A stretch of 64,000 nt of DNA from Amoebophrya sp. A120 (Eukaryota; Protista; Dinoflagellata). How positions within the stretch are numbered: the first letter of the stretch is position 1; the number at the start of each line of letters is the position of its first letter. Shown here piece by piece: positions 10,692 to 21,843 of this stretch. Where the stretch lies: positions 115,389 through 179,388 of the forward strand of contig CAJINV010000012.1 of the NCBI GenBank assembly GCA_905178155.1. The letters are read 5' to 3'. The translations under genes were made by a program, and so were the position numbers. Below the pieces are notes generated by a model. The model was given only the letters and a program-made list of their open reading frames with translations, had not been told where the DNA came from and did not search any database.

Positions 10692-11801
10692 TCAATCCCG
10701 TTTCATCCTGACTTTCCGTCTGTGTTCCTCAAATTCCACGACTTTCTCGTCCAAGAATCCCACTAGTGCCCGACTTCTCTCCACCGCTAGAGGGAGTAGC
10801 AAGTCGAAAATCTCCGTCGCTTCAATCTCCGCGCCAATCACTTCGGTTCCGCAAATTTCCCCGAATTGGTTCACGGCGAGAGTCACAACCCCGTCAGCGA
10901 GGAGCTCCTCCTGTCGGTTCATATCGGCGAGAAACAGTTTGTTGTTCCTAGAACTACTATTCCGGCCACTGCCGCCGTTCCCCAATCCATTCCCAACCGA
11001 AACAACTCCAAACGACACTGGAATCGGCAAGTGGTGAATGTTCAGCGCGATTGGCTCCCGTTCCTCCTTGGTGAAAACCTGCAAAGACCCGTCTTCCACA
11101 ATTTGGATCTGCTCCTTCCGAAAAGTTTTCAGCGCCAGCAGGCCCGCGAGAACACAGGCATCCACTAAATTCCCGTCGTTGTTTATCGCGATTACTGTGA
11201 CTGTGAGTTCCCAACACTTCTCGCCGGAAACTAAACACAACGATTCTTCGTCGATCGCATTCGTTTGCTTCAAGATCCGCTCGATCCGGTTCGTGATGCA
11301 GACGGTGTTGACACTGTTCGGGCTGTTTTGCTGTTGTTGGCCACCAGAGGAACTACTACTCTGCACGAAATGCTCGCCGTTCGCAATTAGCGGTTGAAAC
11401 GCGGAGTCGGCGATGCCGGAAAATTCCACGTTGAAGTTTATCCGACCCTGGTTCGGCTTATCGGCAGCAGGTTTCGTGATTTCCCCCCTGCAGATTCCGA
11501 AAACTTTCGTGCAGGAGGATGGTTTTCTGCTCGTTATTGCGATTTCCCCTGGTGTTCTTGCGGTAGCCGTGTTCATTTCATGATTATTCTCAAAGGTCAG
11601 CATCACGTGCCCCAAGTCGAAAACCTGCAACTTCGGTTCGCGGAATTGAAACGGGGATGTGCGGTTATCCAGTCGAAGGCAGGGCGTGTCATGGTTGGCA
11701 GTTTTCTGGTTATTTCTTTTGCTAGTAGTTTTGCCGTTCAGTAGTCCTTGCAACACCAGTCCCGGGTGGACCGGAATGCAGACGGAGGCTTGCTCGGACA
11801 T
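10692..11801 (-). CDS. RRP45: Exosome complex component RRP45 (EXOSC9), intronless
   Basis: RNase PH-like motifs LRLDNR, GRINFNVEFS, AIDEESLCLVSGEKCWEL, NNDGNLVDA, EREPIALNIHHLPIPVSF. Confidence 0.9.
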   Translation of the reverse strand: MSEQASVCIPVHPGLVLQGLLNGKTTSKRNNQKTANHDTPCLRLDNRTSPFQFREPKLQVFDLGHVMLTFENNHEMNTATARTPGEIAITSRKPSSCTKVFGICRGEITKPAADKPNQGRINFNVEFSGIADSAFQPLIANGEHFVQSSSSSGGQQQQNSPNSVNTVCITNRIERILKQTNAIDEESLCLVSGEKCWELTVTVIAINNDGNLVDACVLAGLLALKTFRKEQIQIVEDGSLQVFTKEEREPIALNIHHLPIPVSFGVVSVGNGLGNGGSGRNSSSRNNKLFLADMNRQEELLADGVVTLAVNQFGEICGTEVIGAEIEATEIFDLLLPLAVERSRALVGFLDEKVVEFEEHRRKVRMKRD

Positions 11802-12469
11802 GATTTGTCGCTTTCGTTGGTCGATGAATTTGTCGTGGTAAAAATGGTAAAAATCTCAGATGAAGAAGAAATAATTCCTCGTGACGAGAAGTATTTGCAA
11901 CGTCAGCGTGCTTCTCCTGCGGTCTTACTTGGTTCAATTATTCAAGAGTATCATGTTCCTGCGAGTGTTCATTTCGACTTCGATAGATTACAACGACGTA
12001 TTTGGTCGTACAGTTGATCTGTTGTACTTACTTCGTCGCAACAGGAACAGAGAACAGTGAAATTTTGGAGCGAGCCGAGGATCTTCTTCACAAGAAACAA
12101 CTTCGAGAGATTGGCATCTAAATTTGCGGATCCTTAGTTTTTATCGGGCTCTTCTATCCTTCTGCGCGTACGTATAGTACGATTTTTGTTGATCATTCAT
12201 CTTCGTCCACACTCAAATATATCGTTTTCATCTCTTCAGGATGGGAACCTCAAGATAGAATAGGGCTCGTGAAAGTCAAAGAAGGGAGTTGCAAACCACG
12301 TAAAGCCGCACGGTGGTGAAGCCAGTTCAGGAACCTGCCACTGTCATGACACTATCGCAACGGGAGGACGGGGCGTTCTTCTTTTCGTCGGACTATGCAA
12401 AAATCACGTACGGATGATAGTACATCTTCCGCGGGGGCCGGCGCCGGTGTGAAATCACAATTTGTACCA

Positions 12470-13172
12470 GTATGCATAAACGCATGACCAATCAACAACT
12501 GTCGCAACTAACATCATGTTCATGATGTAAAAAAGTATACTCTGATTCGTCGTCCCTCAATTTCCCTTGTCCGTCGCACTTGTCGTCTTGCCACTGCCCT
12601 TCGAAAACCGAGCTCTGGTCGGGGTAAACGTAGCTTCCAAACCCGCTCCGCATCCCCAGCTTCAAGTACCCCCGGAAAAAGCCGCCATCCGGGAATTTCC
12701 GCTCGATGTAGCCGGTTCGTGTTATTGGATCGTAAGTCGAAGAGGTGGACGGTGAGCCGGCTTGCTGGCTGTTGTACAGGGCCCTGAGATAATTCGCGTT
12801 TATTTTCATCTCGGATGTTGTAACAAAGGCTTTTGCCGCTTTTTCAAATCATAGCTAAATCAAGCTGCAACAGGTGACTGCATTGCGACCCAAATACCAT
12901 CGTGAAAGAGCACTTTCTGGTAGTGAAAAACACTTCTGTGCGTGTATGCTGTACAGAGTGAACCTTTTGCCGTCATACCCTCGGTGTTTGCTATTTTTGT
13001 TCTAGATCGATGAGAAATGTGACTGCAACTACTTCGTAGAAGAAGTACGTCATGATTGCAAACTAAATTTATACGCTCGCCCCGCGTCCCAACCTTCACC
13101 AGAAGTGACAAACACCGATTTTTGCTCGTCCACTTTGTCAATGGAGCAGCAGGCCGAGGTGGCGGCGCCCAT
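12470..13172 (-). CDS. MORN-repeat protein paralogue 2 (short; 3' end unresolved)
   Basis: Start MGAATSACC; exon FPDGGFFRGYLKLGMRSGFGSYVYPDQSSVFEGQWQDDKCDGQG. Confidence 0.6.
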
Positions 13173-13186
13173 GATGTTGCAGCTGC

Positions 13187-13395
13187 TATGCAAGAAAAAA
13201 ACTGTGTCAGTGTAAATTTGTGTTGCAGAAGATGCAACAGAGTTACACCTGTCATGCCAGACAGCCATGATGTCCTCTTTTCATGTGTGTTTTCCCTTAC
13301 AAACGATGCATGACAGGTTTTCTCTGTCATGTAGAGCAAATTTGTGACGCTGTTCCTCAAAGAAAGTTACACTTACACACTTTTTTTCCTGGATA
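13187..13395. mobile_element. Introner family H, in the putative 5' UTR
   Basis: TIR TATGCAAGAAAAAAACTGTGTCAGTGTAA / TTACACTTACACACTTTTTTTCCTGGATA; TSD GCTGC. Confidence 0.8.
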
Positions 13396-14556
13396 GCTGC
13401 TGTGTGCTTTCTTTTGCGATAAAAACCTCCGGTAAAAATGTCGGACTGGAGCCACAATGTTTTTGGCAGGTCGTGATTCGGTCGCTTCACAAATCGGCTC
13501 GGTGGTTACTTAGACGACATGGGGAGATGAAAACCTTTCTGCTGGTTCGGCAACAGGAAAAGTGCCACTAAACAAACATCATGAATGCGGTATTAAATCT
13601 TGCGAAGTTGCTGCTCACAAAACAAGTCAAACTCGATAGCTGCAAGGAAAATCACGTAAGTAGATCACCAAACACTCAAAATTAAGGACTAAACGCACAA
13701 GAGCTAGTACAGGACTGCGCGTCTAGTCTCTTCGTTGTCATAATTGGCCTCCCTTCGCTCTGGTGTGCGTTCGTTGGTTTGCTATGTTTGTATATGACAT
13801 AATTTTTTTTTGCGTTTTTACTTTGCTAGTTCGCTCGCCCGCCATTTGAGCAGTGCAGTTTCTCTCCACAAGGAATTTCAGCACCACCGGCAGGTCGTAG
13901 AACAACAGAGCTCCGCAAGGGCAATTCCCCTTCTCTGATGAAGGAGGCAGTCGCATCGACGCGGTGCAAGCACCCGTCGAAACCGTCAAACTACAGAAGA
14001 GATTAATGGTGTACAACAACTCGCATTCTGTGTCCGCAAGAAATGATGTACAATTTGGTGGACTTTGTTTTTTGAAACGGTGTGATGGCGAATATTGATT
14101 TCCACACAAACTAGTGTATACAACAGGGATCATGCGTAAGAATGGTTCTTGTTCTCTCGTACATGTTTATCTATAGGTCAATTTCAAAAACAAAAAGAAA
14201 CCACGCGAGGTAAACTTTCTTCTTGGAGATCATATCAAGGGTAGAACGACAACGATGGGTTATGGGGAAAATGAATTGTAAACTACTGGAATGAGTAGAA
14301 GAAAGCGAAGCCACATCCCTTCGGCTTTTTTTTTTGCATGTACAAATGCGGAGTGGAGTGCTGGCTGCTATCTTCTAACTCGTCCACTTCTCCATGATAG
14401 GGAAACAAATTGCTAAATGTAACTGTTGTAACATTGGATCAAAAGAGCCGTGGATTAATTGTTGCGTTGTGTTAAGGTGCTTAAAACTCAAGAGATAAAA
14501 TTTTCTTCGACCGGAAACGAAATGGAAATGCTTCCTCCTTTCATCCCGACTCCCCC

Positions 14557-16020
14557 TCACAAACTGTGGTTGAACGGAACGGCGGATAACTGCGAGCCGT
14601 TTTCGTAGGTAACCTTCTGCTTGTTTTTCCCACGGACCACCACGGTGCCGTCCCCGTGCATGTGCCCCTCTTTCCAACCGCCCTCGTAGCTGGAGCCGTC
14701 TGGCCAGGTGATCTTGCCCTGACCGTGTCGCTCGCCTTCGTGAAAGTCACCCGTGTAGACCTGTTTGGAAAATGAGATGAAATTACGCATGAAAATTGAG
14801 TTCTCTGTTGCATTTTACGCATGAGAGGCTGCAATCTCCTTCAATACTGTGCAGACTGTACTGTTACTGTATGCATAATAAATTTTTGATGACTAATGAA
14901 ACAAGAATAAAAGCCACTAAATTCTACCGCCCCATCATTGTAGGAGTAGGTCCCGCTTCCCTGCTGCAAACTGTCCACAAACGCCCCCTTGTACACTCCG
15001 TCCGTGTCGTAAAAAACCCCCTCGCCCTCAATCACGTCGTTTGCGAACTGCCCGACGTAGCGGGTCCCATCCTTCCAGATGTACTATGCATTGCAAAAGC
15101 ATCGTTATCGTACTAGTTGTGATTGCAATACAAATTCGCTCAGCACGACAAATGGAATTTGTCATGCTATTTTCATCCCTTGGGATGGAGATTTGTAATG
15201 CATAATTGCGATTACTACGAGCACGACACTTTTGCACCGGATATGTACACCCCAAACCCGTTTTTCATGGACGATTTGTGGTCCCCGATGTAAACCGTCC
15301 CGTCCGCGTGCCAGACTTCGAACCCGTCCCCCTGCTTTGACCCGCCCTGCCAAAACCCGTAGTAGAAGGACTCGAGATCCTTCAACGACCCCTTGCCGTC
15401 GCACTTGTCACTCAGCCACTGGCCCTCGTACACTCGGCCCTCCTTGCTGATGTACTTGCCCTGACCCCACTTCTTCTTGTCGATCATCTGGCCCTGGTAG
15501 TAGCTGCCGTTCGTGAAGGACTGCTCGGCGGCCGACGGGTCCTTTTCTGCTGGTTTGTTGGCGAAGACGTTTTTTCTGGACGCGTTGATGATTTCCTATC
15601 CTGAGTAAAAACGTCCCCACACCAGAGTTGTGATGCAAATCTGCATGCCAAAAAAGGTTGTCATGAGGAGCGCCATGAGAGGCATTGTCTCGTCGTCTTC
15701 TGGAATTTGCGATGCGATAATCTGCATGATATGCTAGATCTGTGATGCTGCTGAACTACCTAAACAGGATTACACTCTGAGGAGAAATTTGTCATGCCAA
15801 ATGACCAAAGCTGGCTGATTTGTCTAGCAGATTTCCCATCTTGACTCTGGTGTGGGGACGTTTTTACAAATGATATTTCCTGCAGTTTGTTCTTCCCATC
15901 CTCGTCTTTCAACTGTTTCAGCGCGTCCAGAACTTGCTGGGGAATCTGCTCGGGCTCGCTGCTGAAGCCATCAGCGGAACGCTTTTTCCCGTCCTCACAC
16001 GCGGAACACACGTTGCCCAT
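14557..16020 (-). CDS. MORN-repeat protein paralogue 3
   Basis: Start MGNVCSAC; repeats YEGQWLSDKCDGKG and YTGDFHEGERHGQG; two introners plus one GT-AG intron. Confidence 0.85.
15085..15243. mobile_element. Introner family A
   Basis: A-type TIRs; TSD TGTAC. Confidence 0.9.
15597..15875. mobile_element. Introner family E
   Basis: TIR GTAAAAACGTCCCCACACCAGAG / CTCTGGTGTGGGGACGTTTTTAC; TSD TTTCC. Confidence 0.9.
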
Positions 16021-16967
16021 TTTGATTCGAAGTTGTAGATGGGCGTTGTTATGAAAAGTGAGGGTTTGGTTGCTGACGAGTGAGAGTGTGCGAGGTGGTA
16101 AAATTAATATGGTACTTTCTTTACTAGAGCTAGACAGACAGACTCTCAGGCGCTGCTAGCCTAGTTTTAGTTTAGGAGGGTAAAATTGGGAATAGAATGT
16201 CGTGTGCCTGACCGGTGAAGAAGAAGATTAAAGTGAAATTTTGTTCACATTCAACGAGTAAGTAAAGACGATTTTGGTCTCTTCGTTCTACTTTCACGAG
16301 TAAGAGAGAACGAAGCCGAAGCTACGATTAGCAAACGGGGTGAGCATAGGCTCAAATTGAACGAGTTTTCGCTTTCTCACAGCCCGAACGAACGGTCGAG
16401 AGTACGATTTGGCATTACGACAATGCTGCAGGACGACCGAGCAACTAGCACGACAGCGTGTCCGAAAAATGTGTGCAGGTAGGGCAATCCGAATGTCAGT
16501 CACAATCCGAATGTCAGTCACGATGATGCAAATTCGATGCCTCCTTCAGAGACAGCACGCGCGACCATTCGCGTACCGTATATGTGCGACACGACAGGTA
16601 CGGATGCAAGCGGACCGACATTAAGGAATCTCATCTATTACGCTTCTCAACGATGAAGCAATGCTGCGACTTCTCTCTAGTTTTTAGCTTTACGCACAGG
16701 CACAAACCGATTTTTTCTGGTTCCTTTGTGCCATCTTTCTGTGAAGAACAAACAGCAGGCACGAGCGAGAATTATGCGAGTTCTCGCTCAATAGTTGTTC
16801 ACTGAAGCTGCTGCAGTGGCTGAATATTGGATGCGTAATCCGTATGCCCATGCTGCCGCGTTATGTCCATGTCGCTCCTTTGGTTGATCCTTGCGAAATA
16901 AATGCGAATCATGTCTATGCCATTACCACCTCAATAAGAGATGCTAGCTCGTTACATGAAATTCTTA

Positions 16968-18914
16968 TCACCACCAGTTGATTTTCAACCAATTTTTGAG
17001 CATCATCCTTACCCGGATCCAGAAAGGCGGTTTGTGGTTGTCAAAGTAGTACGCGTAGATCAAGGCGGAGTACTTTTCCCCGTGAAGCAGGTAGAAGTTA
17101 TCGATACTGGATATGCGCAAAAACCCCAAACTCTCATATAAATTCACGGCCGCGGTGTTGTAGGGGACGACGTGTAGCGCAAGCGCTTTGATCTTCTGCG
17201 AGCAGTACCGCTTTTGGACCGGCTTTGATGTCTTGCGCGCTGGTGGTCCTGCTGAAGAGGTTGTGGGTCGTGGGGGTCTTGATGCGAGGGGATCGGGATC
17301 TTCCATGGCTTGGTACAGCAAATCGGAGCTCCCGCCAGTAGTTGTACCACTATCTTCCTCCACTTCCTCTATTCTATACTGGTGAAACGTTGGACACCGT
17401 CTAATCACCTCCTGTATCAGCTTCCGTCCTAAGCCTCGTCTTCTCATCTCATCAATGACGCCGAGGGTCAGAATGTACGCGATCACACCACTCCCACAGG
17501 TTTCATGATATTTTTCATCGTTGTTTATTCCTATGGTGCGGCTTCTCATGTCACGGGTTGAAGAAGATGGTGATCTGTTGTTGGCGTGAAGACCGTGAGG
17601 TGGCGCTGGTCGGAACAAATCGTCTTCTGCTTCGCCGTACAGGTAGTTTGGTTCTTCACGAACAGCACCGCGAGAAAAATCTTGCGGAGTAAATCTTCCA
17701 TGAGCCTGTTCTTCTTCAAAATTCCCACACTCGGTCTCGCAACTCGTCCCGAGCACGTAGGGCATGATTTCGCTGTGGTGCGTGCACGCAAAAGAGACAC
17801 AGATGAGACCGAGGAGACAGGTACCGAAATACGCTCCGAGGGTAAGGATCTGCTCGTTGGCAATCGACCTGGAGATTATTTGTAGAATACTGATGCGTTC
17901 TTGATGCAGATAGTCGTGAGTCCAGCTACTACAGATGAAACACGACGACTTTTCACAGTTTGTGACGCAAAAACCAACTACAAATCGACCAACGTAGTAC
18001 CCGCCGATCCATCTAGTACTTCTATACCTGTAGAACCCCTCGTCATACGCGATCGGGAACCATTCGGCGTGCAACGCCCTGCACTCTTCCATGTCCCGTT
18101 TTTTCAACTTCTCAAACCGAATGTCACTCGGCGCAGAGGGGCTGTCCCCAACGCGAATTTGGTCGAAAAACGCGGTTCCGTATTCGTGGACTTCAGCGCG
18201 CAGTCGGGGCACCAAATTATCCGTGATGTTCGCATACGGTATCGCGGAACTTGTTGTTTTTTCCCCGCCGAGAAACTTCGAAGGGCGGTCGGGGTGGCTG
18301 TTGCTGTGGTTTACGCTCGGCATGCCGTAATTGCCCTGAGGTTCCGGTATGTTGCCTTGTCCACGACGAGTAGGCGATGCTGAGTTCGCAGCACTTGTTC
18401 TTCCGCCGTTTCGTTTCGGGCTGACACTGCTGGAAATAGAAGACACGGGCGTTCTTTCCAACTCCTCGTCAGGCATCGAGTATTCCGTATGCTGTCCTCC
18501 TGGAAGGATCGGCAAAACCGGGTCAACGACGTTGTGGGCGGGGTCATTGTGGTGACTTGGCAAAGAGGTAGAATGCGAGTATGGGTCTACCTGTTGTTCT
18601 CCACTTGTGGGTAAAAACTCGCTCGGCCGTGGGTCTTGGCTAGGTATCCGGCTGGGATTGCTCGTTGATGCAGAGGACAACTCGTTCGGGTTCGTCAAAG
18701 GCTGATTATGGTTCCCGTACCCCCGCCGCCCAGGAGACTGCGTGCTCTGGATGAAATAGGGGTCGGACTGCGGCGGCGCGCTCTTGTTCATCATCTGTGT
18801 GGGCGCTGGATAGTTGTAAGGGTCGCTCCCCCGCGGCCCCCGGTGTTGAGAAGTCATAGACGAAAATGTCTGTTGCTGAGGATTCGGGTTCATGGAGGTT
18901 CTTGCAGGGATCAT
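16968..18914 (-). CDS. NAA60: GNAT N-alpha-acetyltransferase, NAA60-like; probable 159-nt GT-AG intron at 17869-18027
   Basis: LHAEWFPIAYDEGFY, AYILTLGVIDEMRRRGLG, ALHVVPYNTAAVNLYE, YAYYFDNHKPPFW; amphipathic C-terminus. Confidence 0.8.
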   Translation of the reverse strand: MIPARTSMNPNPQQQTFSSMTSQHRGPRGSDPYNYPAPTQMMNKSAPPQSDPYFIQSTQSPGRRGYGNHNQPLTNPNELSSASTSNPSRIPSQDPRPSEFLPTSGEQQVDPYSHSTSLPSHHNDPAHNVVDPVLPILPGGQHTEYSMPDEELERTPVSSISSSVSPKRNGGRTSAANSASPTRRGQGNIPEPQGNYGMPSVNHSNSHPDRPSKFLGGEKTTSSAIPYANITDNLVPRLRAEVHEYGTAFFDQIRVGDSPSAPSDIRFEKLKKRDMEECRALHAEWFPIAYDEGFYRYRSTRWIGGYYVGRFVVGFCVTNCEKSSCFICSSWTHDYLHQERISILQIISRSIANEQILTLGAYFGTCLLGLICVSFACTHHSEIMPYVLGTSCETECGNFEEEQAHGRFTPQDFSRGAVREEPNYLYGEAEDDLFRPAPPHGLHANNRSPSSSTRDMRSRTIGINNDEKYHETCGSGVIAYILTLGVIDEMRRRGLGRKLIQEVIRRCPTFHQYRIEEVEEDSGTTTGGSSDLLYQAMEDPDPLASRPPRPTTSSAGPPARKTSKPVQKRYCSQKIKALALHVVPYNTAAVNLYESLGFLRISSIDNFYLLHGEKYSALIYAYYFDNHKPPFWIRVRMMLKNWLKINWW

Positions 18915-19792
18915 TTTACTGCACGCGGGTACGACAATCGCAGGGCTAGCGGTAGCGATGACGCTGGTGCCAAAAATGCATGAAAGAAAAGAAACTAAAT
19001 ACGAATGGAACCACCACGAGGACTTCGTTGGTGGTGTAGTATAGAAAATGGAATAAAAAGGATCGCTACAACAGGAGACAGAATGTCAACAATGTGTGTT
19101 GGAGTCGACTAGAGCATGCAGAGAACAAAAAATAAAAAGAAGTCTGATCAGAATACTAAAATGGACCCATCACTACACGACAGACACGATCTTTCGTACT
19201 TATCTTGTTCCCGCTCCTGCTTTAGTGATCTGTCAACATCGTGATAGAAAGCCATCAGCTGAGTACTTAGAAATAATCGGGGGAACAGAGCACCGCACTT
19301 TTGCAGCTCACGGTAAGTCCTTCCTTGCCATAGGAGAGTCGCAGTCGCACACAGAATCATGTTGTTCTTGACTACATTTTCATTTTACAGAGTGCATTTT
19401 CGTGTTTACATTTGATATTTGCGAAGATTTTTTTGCTGCAACTGCCATTGCGAGCGTTTTAACTTGCGTTTGAAATTGAAATACACTCAGAACAACCGCA
19501 ACCTCCGAGAAGGAGATATTAAGCGTAGGTCCGGTTCTACTTGGATAGTCATGCTTGCTAGAGTAAAAAGATAAAGAAACGTTAGAACTACATTTCACAT
19601 GTGTGATGAACATTCTTCGAAACACGATGCCTCCTGTGACACTTAGACTAAGCAAAGGCTCTCTCAAGTGGCTGTGTATCTTATCCACTGTACTAGGGGG
19701 CGGAAGTAAAAAACTCTGCCGGGGAACAGTGTGGGAAAGTTTTGGTACTTAAAGGGGTACAAAAAAAGTTAAAGAGACGTGGTCCCGCCCGC

Positions 19793-20997
19793 CTACGCCT
19801 TCTCACCATTTTCGTACCGGACCTGCTTCGTCTGCCCGGTCTTCAGATCCGTCTCCTTTCCGGCACCTGATATAGGTTTGTCATGCAGAAATTGGAAAAG
19901 TGATCGGATTGGTTTCCTTTCGTGATGCATCATACATTCGAACTAGTAGCGCATCATCAGAACGGCTCAACTTCAAATCTGTACTTCGAAATAGTAGATT
20001 TTATACCGTGTCTCAGCCCGTCGTTAAACTGCCCCTCGTACACGCTAACCCCCGTAGTGGTTTCCTTTCCCGTCCCGTGCTTCAGGGTTTCCACCCACTG
20101 GCCCTCGTACGTGACGTTCTGCAACACGTACTTCCCCCTGCCGTGCTGCATGTTGTCAAAGAACTGCCCGGAATACACCCCGCCGTCGGTGTCCTTTAAG
20201 ACACCCTCGCCCTGCACGACGTCGTTTTCAAACTGCCCCTCGTAGCTGGAACCGTCCTGCCAGATGTATTTCCCCTTGCCGTGCTTATTGCCCATTACGT
20301 GGTTCCCGACGTATTTGGTGCCGTCGTCTTTCCAGAGCTCCTCGCCAAAGCCGTGCTTCTTCCCCTGCTTCCATTGCCTGATAGATTTCATTTTCATTTT
20401 GCACAAATGCAGGACAACAGGAGACGGACTGTCATGCAGAACGACATGACGATGCAAAATGAAATTCATTTTCGCATTGGTATTGATTCAGCATGACAAA
20501 AAGTTGTCAAGATTCTTGTTAATCAAATTTATTATACCCTGTGTAGACTGAGTCTTTGTCGGAAAATTTTCCCTGGCCGTGGCATCTGTCCTCCCACCAT
20601 TGGCCCTCGTAACTTGGTCCTGCGTTGTAGTTACATACGCCCTCGCCGCACCTCTTGCCCTTCAGCATTTGGCCCTGATAGTTTGATAGAGTCATGCTGA
20701 ATAAAGTGTGATTTTTTCGAACAAACTTCATTGCAACGCCCACGAAAGTTTGCGACAAAAACCCCATCACCTGCTCTTGCGAGATGATGAACTCATCCTG
20801 ACAATATGAAAATCCAATCAAAACTGTACCTGATATTTCCCCACTGGGTACACCTTCTCCGTGTACTTGGCTTCGCTTAGATTTGGCTTGAATTCCCCCT
20901 CCGCGGAGTCGTATGGTATTGGCTTCTGGCTTATCTCCAAAGACTCTCCCGCCTGCTTCTCGCCGCCGCTGCAGCAGGTGCTAGCGGCCTGACCCAT
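19793..20997 (-). CDS. MORN-repeat protein paralogue 4 (GT-AG introns 20675-20829, 20378-20537, 19867-20006)
   Basis: Start MGQAASTCC; repeats YEGQWWEDRCHGQG and YEGQFENDVVQGEG; ends YENGEKA*. Confidence 0.85.
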
Positions 20998-21843
20998 TTT
21001 GGAAAGCGGATTTTTGCTGAAGGAGGAGTGGGATAAGAAATTAAGCTAGTTCAGGTACGTTATTGACTTCTACACGCGCGGGAAGCGCGCTAATGGGGGA
21101 TCGTGATGGTATGTGTGATATTGAAAAGGAATCTTCTTCATCCCGAGGAGGATTGAGACCTGCATTGTTCGTTATTGCAAGAACGTCGGAAGCTCCAAGT
21201 ACATTATTTCCATCGCGGACGTTGACCAAAAGCTTTGCTATCTCAAAACTTCTCTTCGTGTGACTGCAATCCTACTTTGGCACGAGATGAACGAAGTAGG
21301 ACGACTAGAAGTGGACGATCGAGGAGAGTTCGAGTGACAAGCACTCCCTCACACAACTGCACGAGACCGATGTTGCATACGGTAAAGCTGCTTCTGTCCT
21401 CTTTGACACTGAAGTAGAAGTACCACGGACACGATTCATCGTCACGAGCCGACTCTCTCTCTTTTCCTGTAGTACCATTAACGACCGAACTTTTGCTTTG
21501 TCTCCGCGACAACAGACAAGTTTATTAAGTACTTCCGCACGTTACTGGTGAACGACTGTAAAAAGCAACAAGTCGCACGCCCAGCACACCAATGCTGGGG
21601 TGCACCTGCACCGTAATAGATTCTAGAGCAGAATTAACACAAATTGACATTCCGGAAAACGCGTTCTATTTCGATAAATCCTCTTTCTTCAGATGAATCT
21701 AGTGATGGGGATGGGGAAGACAGCATTTTAGCAACATGTCGATATTACTCGATGGGGTCAACTACATGCCATCGGAGCCGGTCTCGCTGGTACGAAAACT
21801 ACAGTCTACTTATTTAAATACTCGCAGTAGACACAGCAGAGAA

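Noticed and set aside
16485-16521. 18-bp duplication CAATCCGAATGTCAGTCA
   Set aside because: Two copies only; ordinary slippage
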